DNA of 32,000 bases from Candidatus Poseidoniaceae archaeon (GTDB taxonomy: Archaea > Thermoplasmatota > Poseidoniia > Poseidoniales > Poseidoniaceae), in assembly GCA_943789275.1 (NCBI GenBank), contig CALSTM010000001.1, positions 210,001-242,000 of the forward strand, written 5' to 3'. A program made the translations under genes and the position numbers. The notes under the pieces are model-generated. The model ran no database searches and had not been told where the DNA came from. It saw only the letters and a list, made by a program, of their open reading frames with translations. Positions 6,891 through 13,757 of the stretch are shown here, piece after piece. Each line of letters opens with the position of its first letter. The stretch's first letter is position 1.

Positions 6891-9365
6891 ATGAGAAAGA
6901 CGATTGTATTTTTGATGATGACCCTGCTTTTAGCCGCCAGCCTACCGCTCAATTCGAGCGCAGGACCGTCTGATGACATCCCCACAAACGCCGCAGGAAC
7001 AGGCGTACATGACTCATTGGTCGCTGCACTCGCCCATGCGGGTCTCGTCTCAACCCTCCAAGGGCCTGGGCCCTTCACCGTGTTCGCACCGACAGACCAG
7101 GCTTTCGCTGCTGCTGGAATCGACTTAGCCGATTTTGATACGCCCGAGGAAAACGCAACCCTCTCTGATATCCTGTTGCACCACGTCTACTCTGGTGAGG
7201 TTCAATCAAGCGCTGTTACTGACGGCATGATCGCAGAAATGGTGAACGGTGACAATGTGAAATTCGGAGTGAACGGGGCTACAGTGACCGTTGGAACGGC
7301 AACAGTAACAACCGCTGATGTCATCTCTTCAAACGGAATCATTCACGTTATCGATACCGTCTTGATGCCGCCCGTCGACATCCCAGCAACCGCTCAAAGC
7401 ACCACCATTCACGACACGTTGGTCAATGCCGTCATTCAGGCCGATCTCCTCACGACTCTCCAAAGTCCAGGGCCGTTCACCGTCTTCGCACCAACAGACC
7501 AAGCGTTCATCGATGCTGGTATCAACTTGGCAGCACTCGACACGCCTGAAGGTAAAGCAACGCTTTCCGACATCCTTCTCTACCACGTTGTCCCGTCTGA
7601 GGTTCCTGCCTCTGCAGTCACCGAATGTATGGTGGCTGATGCGGCGAATGGACAGCCTCTCGCCTTCACTGTGGGAGACGGCGTTATGGTCAACGGTGCC
7701 AATGTCACCATGACCGACGTCATTACCAGTAACGGACTTATTCACGTCATTGACAAAGTTCTAACTCCAAGCGACACACCAAACGATATTCCCCGAACTG
7801 CACAATGCACTGGCCTACATGATTCGCTGGTTGCAGGAGTGATACAAGCTGAATTGCTTGAAACTCTTCAAGGTCCAGGACCGTTCACGGTCTTCGCACC
7901 GACCGACCAAGCCTTCATTGATGCCGGGATTGATTTGGCAGCACTCGATACTCCCGAAGGCAAGGCTACACTTGCCGACATTCTTCTTTACCACGTTGTA
8001 GCCGGAGAGGTACCAGCAGCGAATGTTACTGATTGTATGTCCGCAACTGCCGCAAACGGTCAGCCCTTGGCGTTCACCGTTGATGGAACTGTTATGGTGA
8101 ACGGCGCTACTGTCATCCAAGCAGATGTCGGTACAAGCAACGGATTCATTCATGTTATCGACAAAGTGCTTACCCCAACCGATACGCCCAACGACATTCC
8201 ACGAACGGCACAATGCACCGGGATTCACGATTCTCTTGTTGCTGGGGTTATCCAAGCTGAACTTCTCGTGACGCTTCAGGGAACGGGACCGTTCACGCTG
8301 TTTGCACCGACGGACCAGGCCTTTGCTGATGCCGGAATCGACCTTGCGGCTCTCGATACTGCTGAAGGCAAGGCAGCGCTCACCGACATCTTGCTCTACC
8401 ACGTAATTGCTGGTCAAATTCCATCCACTGCAGTTACGGAGTGCCTCACAGCCAACACTGTCAACGGTAATCCTGTTGCCTTTACCGTAGGTGACAGCGT
8501 CATGATCAACGATGCTACCGTCACACTTGCTGATGTGAACACCAGTAACGGTGTCATCCACGTGATTGACAAGGTCTTGACACCGACCACTACACCAAAC
8601 GATGTTCCACGCACTGCACAATGCACCGGCATACACGACTCGTTGGTTGCCGGTGTCATTCAAGCAGGCCTTCTGGAAACCCTTCAAGGCCCTGGGCCAT
8701 TCACCGTTTTTGCTCCAACAGACCAAGCATTCACGGATGCAGGAATCGATTTGGCAGCACTTGATACTGCAGAAGGACAAGCGGCACTGAGCGATATTCT
8801 ACTCTACCACGTGGTTGCCGGTGAAGTTCCAGCAGCCAACGTCACCGACTGTATGACTGCTACTGCTGTAAACGGCAACCCACTCTCGTTCACCGTCGGC
8901 ACTTCTGTCATGGTCAACGGAGCAACCGTTACCGCAACAGATGTTGCGACAAGCAACGGCATCATCCACGTCATTGACAAGGTTCTATCACCAACCGAAA
9001 CTCCGAATGATATTCCTCGTACAGCTCAATGCACGGGGATTCACAACTCACTGGTTGCCGCCGTCATTCAAGCGGACTTGCTCGAGACGCTCCAAGGTCC
9101 AGGCCCGTTCACCGTGTTTGCACCAACGGACCAAGCGTTCACCGATGCAGGCATTGATTTGGGCGCTCTGGATACGCCAGAAGGTAAGGCAGCACTTGCC
9201 GACATTCTGCTCTATCACGTTGTAGCAGGTGATGTCCCAGCAGCCAATGTCACGGAGTGTATGACTGCAGACGCTGTCAACGGTCAACCGCTTTCGTTCA
9301 CTGTCGGAGATTCCGTCATGGTGAACGGCGCCACCGTCACATCTGCCGGATGTCAGCACCAGTAA
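6891..9365 (+). CDS. Fasciclin (FAS1) repeat surface protein, N-terminal fragment: signal peptide plus FAS1 domains 1-5 and most of domain 6, ended by a frameshift
   Basis: Signal peptide MRKTIVFLMMTLLLAASLP. FAS1 hallmarks recur every 136 aa: GPFTVFAPTD(Q)AF, LLYHVV and SNG(I/V)IHVIDKVL. The reading frame ends in the middle of domain 6 (…VNGATVTSAGCQHQ*). Confidence 0.9.
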   Translation: MRKTIVFLMMTLLLAASLPLNSSAGPSDDIPTNAAGTGVHDSLVAALAHAGLVSTLQGPGPFTVFAPTDQAFAAAGIDLADFDTPEENATLSDILLHHVYSGEVQSSAVTDGMIAEMVNGDNVKFGVNGATVTVGTATVTTADVISSNGIIHVIDTVLMPPVDIPATAQSTTIHDTLVNAVIQADLLTTLQSPGPFTVFAPTDQAFIDAGINLAALDTPEGKATLSDILLYHVVPSEVPASAVTECMVADAANGQPLAFTVGDGVMVNGANVTMTDVITSNGLIHVIDKVLTPSDTPNDIPRTAQCTGLHDSLVAGVIQAELLETLQGPGPFTVFAPTDQAFIDAGIDLAALDTPEGKATLADILLYHVVAGEVPAANVTDCMSATAANGQPLAFTVDGTVMVNGATVIQADVGTSNGFIHVIDKVLTPTDTPNDIPRTAQCTGIHDSLVAGVIQAELLVTLQGTGPFTLFAPTDQAFADAGIDLAALDTAEGKAALTDILLYHVIAGQIPSTAVTECLTANTVNGNPVAFTVGDSVMINDATVTLADVNTSNGVIHVIDKVLTPTTTPNDVPRTAQCTGIHDSLVAGVIQAGLLETLQGPGPFTVFAPTDQAFTDAGIDLAALDTAEGQAALSDILLYHVVAGEVPAANVTDCMTATAVNGNPLSFTVGTSVMVNGATVTATDVATSNGIIHVIDKVLSPTETPNDIPRTAQCTGIHNSLVAAVIQADLLETLQGPGPFTVFAPTDQAFTDAGIDLGALDTPEGKAALADILLYHVVAGDVPAANVTECMTADAVNGQPLSFTVGDSVMVNGATVTSAGCQHQ

Positions 9366-10233
9366 CGGTGTGATTCATGTTATCGACAAGGTATTGTCTC
9401 CAACAGACACGCCAAACGACATCCCCCGCACTGCACAATGCACCGGTATTCACGATTCTTTGGTCGCAGCAGTGGTACAAGCAGAGTTGCTGACCACATT
9501 GCAGGGAGATGGGCCATTCACCCTTTTCGCTCCAACCGACCAAGCGTTCATCGATGCCGGCATTGATTTGGCAGCATTGGATACCGCTGATGGTAAAGCT
9601 GCTCTTACGGACATCCTGCTTTACCACGTTGTTGCTGGAGCAGTCCCTTCCTCGGCAGTTACCGAGTGCATGTCGGCAAACGCCGTCAACGGTCAACCGC
9701 TCTGGTTCACCGTCGCAGACACCGTCATGGTCAACGGTGCCACCGTAACCTTGGCAGATGTGAACACAAGCAACGGCGTCATCCACGTCATCGATAAGGT
9801 ATTGACCCCCACCGATACACCAAACGATTTGCCTCGAACTGCTCAATGCACAGGTGTGCACAACTCACTGGTCGCAGCTGTAATTCAGGCTGAACTACTG
9901 GTCACACTCCAGGGTGAAGGGCCGTTCACGCTCTTTGCTCCAACGGACCAAGCATTTGCCGATGCTGGTATCGATTTGGCAGCATTGGACACCCCTGAAG
10001 GAAAGGCTGCATTGACGGATATTCTCCTCCATCACGTCTATTCAGGCGCTGTCATGAGTGCCAACATCACCGACGGAATGGTTGTACAGATGGTCAACGG
10101 CGACAACATTACGCTGACGGTCACCACCGGAATGAGTGCTTCAGTACGCATCGGAAACGCAACGGTTACCGGTGCTGATGTGATGACCTCCAACGGTATC
10201 ATCCACGTCATTGACAAGGTATTGATGCCTCCG
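6975..10233 (+). repeat. Coding tandem repeat: eight FAS1-domain units with a 408-nt period
   Basis: Unit starts (GAC/GAT ATT/ATC = D-I/V-P) are at 6975, 7377, 7785, 8193, 8601, 9009, 9418 and 9826. The spacings are 402, 408, 408, 408, 408, 409 and 408 nt. Confidence 0.9.
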
Positions 10234-10770
10234 GCTGAAGATGCAACAGACACGACCGATACGACAGGTCAGACAGACGGTGCAAGCGGTGATTCAGACG
10301 ATGAAGGCGGATTCCTATGGATTCTTATCGTTGTGATTTTGGTCCTTGGCGGTGGCGCAGGCGGATTGTTGTTCATGCGCAGCCGAAGTGGGGATGATGA
10401 TGCTTCGAAGAACTTCGTTCAGGGCGGATTGGAAAACCAATTGCAACCGATTTCAACCACGTCATATGCAGGGACTCAAGCAGCAGCTGCAACCGCATAC
10501 GCAACTGAACCCGTGCAGCAAACTCAGCAGTATCAGCAAGTTCAACAAACTCAACAGTACCAACCTGCACAGCAAGTCGCACAAGTTGCTCCAGTGACTC
10601 AAGTTGCTCAAGTTCAGCCGGTTCAGACTGTGGAAGTCATTCCACAACCTGCTGTTGCCGAACCTACAGTTCTGCGACAATGGACCGATGAAGCAGGTTA
10701 CACCTGGAGAGCAATGGACGACGGTAACACCTACTGGTGGACCGGAACTGAGTGGCAAAAGTACTCTTGA
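9370..10770 (+). CDS. Fasciclin repeat surface protein, C-terminal fragment: end of domain 6, domains 7-8, TM anchor and Q-rich tail. It continues 6891..9365 in the +1 frame
   Basis: It starts mid-domain at (V)IHVIDKVL, exactly the segment missing from the upstream ORF, and has no signal peptide of its own. A TM helix FLWILIVVILVLGGGAGGLLFM is followed by a Q/V/A/P-rich tail. Confidence 0.85.
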   Translation: MIHVIDKVLSPTDTPNDIPRTAQCTGIHDSLVAAVVQAELLTTLQGDGPFTLFAPTDQAFIDAGIDLAALDTADGKAALTDILLYHVVAGAVPSSAVTECMSANAVNGQPLWFTVADTVMVNGATVTLADVNTSNGVIHVIDKVLTPTDTPNDLPRTAQCTGVHNSLVAAVIQAELLVTLQGEGPFTLFAPTDQAFADAGIDLAALDTPEGKAALTDILLHHVYSGAVMSANITDGMVVQMVNGDNITLTVTTGMSASVRIGNATVTGADVMTSNGIIHVIDKVLMPPAEDATDTTDTTGQTDGASGDSDDEGGFLWILIVVILVLGGGAGGLLFMRSRSGDDDASKNFVQGGLENQLQPISTTSYAGTQAAAATAYATEPVQQTQQYQQVQQTQQYQPAQQVAQVAPVTQVAQVQPVQTVEVIPQPAVAEPTVLRQWTDEAGYTWRAMDDGNTYWWTGTEWQKYS

Positions 10771-10776
10771 GTGAGT

Positions 10777-11340
10777 CTAAAGATTGTTCAGAATTTGACT
10801 GCAGGTCTTCACGGTGCAAAATTCACCGTGAAGGCTTGTTAGGGCTGTAGTATGGATGAGATCAGCATCGATCATCTCGCCATCCGGTGATTCTCGTGGG
10901 AACGTAGCGCATGCATCCGAGGCCAGTTCAACATCAAAGCCGAGGTTACCCGCCATTCTCACCGTAGTGGATACGCAGTGGTTGGTTGTGAGCCCTGCTA
11001 TGACCAAACTTGTCGTTCCGTTTTCTCGCAGGTAAGCTTCGAGTTCGGTACCTATGAAACCGCTGTTGACGTTTTTGACAAACTCCTTTTCACCGTTCAT
11101 TGGAATTGCCCAGTCATAGAACTCGAATCCTTGCGTTTCAGGTCTCAGGGGGCTACCCTCTTCTGTGGATGAATGGCGTACATGGACAATGTTGTGATGA
11201 CCAAGCCTCCAATGATGAATCAACGATTGGGTATTTATCTCAAAATGAGGGTTGTTCCGGATTCCCCATTTCGGGTCATCAAACCCCTTTTGACAATCAA
11301 TGAGTATCAGCGCAGTATTTTCATATCCAGTCACGACCAT
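10777..11340 (-). CDS. Isochorismatase-family cysteine hydrolase
   Basis: ALILIDCQKGF (catalytic Asp region), LVIAGLTTNHCVSTT (catalytic Cys) and a typical length of 187 aa. Confidence 0.85.
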   Translation of the reverse strand: MVVTGYENTALILIDCQKGFDDPKWGIRNNPHFEINTQSLIHHWRLGHHNIVHVRHSSTEEGSPLRPETQGFEFYDWAIPMNGEKEFVKNVNSGFIGTELEAYLRENGTTSLVIAGLTTNHCVSTTVRMAGNLGFDVELASDACATFPRESPDGEMIDADLIHTTALTSLHGEFCTVKTCSQILNNL

Positions 11341-11363
11341 GCTTCAAACTCCTTGTTTTGCTG

Positions 11364-11825
11364 TTATAAAATCCATAGTTTGAGTACTCGCGAATAGAAC
11401 ATGTAGGAAAAGATGAGAAGTGTAGGAGTGATCCAAGCAAGATAGAGTGTTTTGTTGATTGGTTGTAATTGTTTGTCTCCGTTGCGAAGGGCCTTGATCG
11501 ATGCCCACAGGAGGTAGACGAAGGCTCCGTAGATAAGCGGTGAGCCTGGATTGAAGTCCAATGCACTTGGAACGTCGAAGTGAGTGATGGCGACAAATCC
11601 ACGCGACATGCCGCAAAAAGGGCATTCGGTTCCGGTGAGGTGGTATATTGGACAGAGGCTCATTCCGTCGACTCTGCCGTGCGGAAGAACTGCTGAAACC
11701 ACCAGTGCGCCGCTGGTAACAGCGGCAGTAATGGATGCAGCATTGATTCCCGGCCATTTCATTGTACGGACGTTGAGATTCGGGTTAATGTCCTTTTTGT
11801 CGGCAGAACCATTATAATGCGACAT
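11364..11825 (-). CDS. DUF2752-family membrane protein
   Basis: CPIYHLTGTECPFCGMSRGF...NPGSPLIY matches the DUF2752 CP..G..CP.CG.(T/S)R signature and is followed by TM segments. The true start may be ATG 11762 (MKWPG...). Confidence 0.65.
   Translation of the reverse strand: MSHYNGSADKKDINPNLNVRTMKWPGINAASITAAVTSGALVVSAVLPHGRVDGMSLCPIYHLTGTECPFCGMSRGFVAITHFDVPSALDFNPGSPLIYGAFVYLLWASIKALRNGDKQLQPINKTLYLAWITPTLLIFSYMFYSRVLKLWIL
11811..11818. promoter_or_regulatory. Palindromic TATA-like box ATTATAAT between the divergent DUF2752 and TM2 genes
   Basis: It is self-complementary. It lies 22 nt upstream of ATG 11840 (+) and 49 nt upstream of ATG 11762 (-). Confidence 0.3.
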
Positions 11826-11839
11826 GCAGAGCGGGGGTT

Positions 11840-12083
11840 ATGCAACCACAAGGCATGGAACAAGCAGCAATGACATCAGACAAAGATTGGACAGCACTCC
11901 TGCTCCTCTCTCTCTCTCCTCGGAGGGCTCGGAGCGGATCACTTTTACACCGGGAAGACCGGAACAGGAATTCTCAAGCTCATCACTCTAGGCGGATGTA
12001 CAATCTGGGCTCTTATCGACTTGATCATGGTCATCACTGGTGGATTCAAGGACTCCAACGGCCTTCCAGTCACCAACAAGTGA
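11840..12083 (+). CDS. TM2-domain protein interrupted by a +1 frame change inside a (CT)6 tract. The track ORF 11840..12094 is a frame chimera
   Basis: Frame A gives M(11870)TSDKDWTALLLLSLS. The frame +1 from 11919 gives LLGGLGADHFYTGKTGTGILKLITLGGCTIWALIDLIMVITGGFKDSNGLPVTNK* (TGA 12081-12083), which is a textbook TM2 domain. That second frame has no start codon after its upstream TGA (11871-11873). Confidence 0.75.
11906..11918 (+). repeat. (CT)6C dinucleotide microsatellite at the TM2 frameshift site
   Basis: CTCTCTCTCTCTC read directly from the sequence. Confidence 0.95.
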
Positions 12084-12276
12084 TTCGCTCATAGAGCACA
12101 TCCACGATTGAACGGTTCTGCTGTGGCTTCGCCATAGCACCCGGATTCGACGTCACATCAGTCAAAAACTGGTTTCCAGGGAACGCACTCACAGGTGTAT
12201 TTCTCTCTTCCAGAGCTCGAATCTCGAACCTGAAGCATTCATCATATGACGCCTGGGCGGTCATTCAATTGATGAC

Positions 12277-13632
12277 TCAATCTCGGTTTGAACGATTGTT
12301 CTGGTTACCGCGGCTGTTTTGATTTCCGCGGTTATTACGGGAACGGTTGCCTCCGCGTGGGCGGCCCGATTGTTCTCCACCTGATGAACGGTTGTTGTTC
12401 TGCCTTCCTCGGTTTGAGTTTTGATGACGAGGACGCTTTTTGGTTCCAGACTTTTCTTTGATTTTCCCTGGTTTTTGCCCCGGTTTGGGGATTGCTCCAA
12501 TAAAATGGAATGGGTGTGAACTTTCGACAGGAATTTCTTTTCCGATCAGCTGCTGGATACCAACCAAATACCCGCTTTCCGAATCGTCACAGAAAGCGTA
12601 AGCAATACCGCTGCGGCCTGCACGGGCAGTTCTTCCAATACGGTGGACGTAACTTTCTGGTTCATTCGGCAAATCGTAATTGAAAACGTGCGTGATACCA
12701 TCGACATCGATTCCTCTGCTGGCAATGTCGGTCGCAACAAGAATAGGTATGGAACCGTCTTTGAATCCTGCTAATGCCCGAGTTCTGGCGCCTTGGCTCT
12801 TGTTACCGTGAATGGCGGCTGCTGCGATGTTGCTCTGGTCCAATTGCTTGACCAGCCGATTTGCACCGTGTTTGGTTCGTGTGAATACAATTCCACACTT
12901 TACCCGCTCATCCTTGATGAGTTGCACCAGCAATCTCCGCTTGTCTGCTTTTCTCAAGAACATGATTCTCTGTTCAATTCGGTCAACTGTCATTTCTTGT
13001 GGACTGACGTCGACCATGACTGCATTGTTCAAAAATGAACCAGCGAGCTTAGCGATCGATTTTGGCATTGTTGCGCTGAACAGCAGATTTTGACGCTTGT
13101 TTGGAAGGAGCTTGAGAACTTTCTCAATGTCTCGAATGAATCCCATGTCGAGCATTCGGTCTGCTTCATCCAGGACGAAGAATTCGACTTTGGTGATGTC
13201 TACAAAACCTTGCCCAATGAGGTCAAGAAGTCGCCCGGGCGTAGCAACGAGAATATCAAGTCCCTTTTGCAGAGCGCGAACTTGTGGATTTTGTTTAACA
13301 CCGCCAAAAATAACCCGATGTCGAATGTCCATGTGTTCACTGTAGGCAGCAAACCTTTCATCGATTTGTGCAGCCAGTTCACGGGTCGGTGAAAGAATAA
13401 GGGCGCGAATATATCGCTTTCCTTGTGGCCTTTTTCGGCCCATGATTTGCAGAACAGGTAAGGCAAATGCTGCTGTTTTACCGGTTCCGGTTTGAGCAAC
13501 ACCAAGCACATCTCGACCTTCAAGCAAGGGCGGAATAGATTGTTCTTGTACGGGTGTGGGTGAAGTATAGCCTTCTGAGGCTACAGCTTTGAGAAGTGTC
13601 TCGGAGAGTCCGAGTGATTGGAAATCGGTCAT
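12277..13632 (-). CDS. DEAD-box ATP-dependent RNA helicase (RhlE/DeaD-like) with an R/G/N-rich C-terminal tail
   Basis: Q motif GYTSPTPVQ, motif I AQTGTGKTAAF, Ia PTRELA, II DEAD, III SAT, VI HRIGRTARAG. The tail is RGGNRSRNNRGNQNSRGNQNNRSNRD. The track start is GTG 13668; ATG 13632 (MTDFQSLGL...) fits the family N-terminus better. Confidence 0.93.
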   Translation of the reverse strand: MTDFQSLGLSETLLKAVASEGYTSPTPVQEQSIPPLLEGRDVLGVAQTGTGKTAAFALPVLQIMGRKRPQGKRYIRALILSPTRELAAQIDERFAAYSEHMDIRHRVIFGGVKQNPQVRALQKGLDILVATPGRLLDLIGQGFVDITKVEFFVLDEADRMLDMGFIRDIEKVLKLLPNKRQNLLFSATMPKSIAKLAGSFLNNAVMVDVSPQEMTVDRIEQRIMFLRKADKRRLLVQLIKDERVKCGIVFTRTKHGANRLVKQLDQSNIAAAAIHGNKSQGARTRALAGFKDGSIPILVATDIASRGIDVDGITHVFNYDLPNEPESYVHRIGRTARAGRSGIAYAFCDDSESGYLVGIQQLIGKEIPVESSHPFHFIGAIPKPGQKPGKIKEKSGTKKRPRHQNSNRGRQNNNRSSGGEQSGRPRGGNRSRNNRGNQNSRGNQNNRSNRD

Positions 13633-13757
13633 GTTGTATCCCTCCAGTGAACCATCGTATCGGTCCACTGCATGCAGACCTCAATTCTCTTTGCCTAAAT
13701 ACCCGATTGACGATATACGGGCCACACCCCGTGAATCGCTGCATTCGTTGAGCGCCG

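Noticed and set aside
7815-8780. 321-aa minus-strand ORF inside the fasciclin repeats, plus similar ones at 7329..7745, 9048..9359 and 9337..9861
   Set aside because: They are antisense to a strongly supported repeat-coding gene. Their length is a by-product of repeated stop-poor codon usage on the sense strand. The translations are Cys/Arg/Trp-rich nonsense.
9338-9372. Programmed ribosomal frameshift as the explanation for the fasciclin frame break
   Set aside because: There is no slippery X-XXY-YYZ heptamer or known +1 shift site (the context is GCC GGA TGT), and no downstream pseudoknot is evident. A one-base indel explains the 409-nt unit more simply.
6975-10233. Regular 408-nt periodic repeats, considered as a possible CRISPR or satellite array
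   Set aside because: The period is far too long, there is no spacer/repeat alternation, and the whole array is one continuous open reading frame encoding FAS1 domains.
11921-12094. C-terminal two-thirds of the 84-aa track ORF (PRRARSGSLLHREDRNRNSQAHHSRRMYNLGSYRLDHGHHWW...)
   Set aside because: This is an out-of-frame reading of the TM2 domain. The +1 frame gives a canonical TM2 sequence ending at 12083.
12070-12264. 64-aa minus-strand ORF between the DEAD-box helicase and the TM2 gene
   Set aside because: It could be a small downstream cistron (12 nt after the helicase stop). However, it overlaps the TM2 3' end and has no recognisable features, so the evidence is insufficient.
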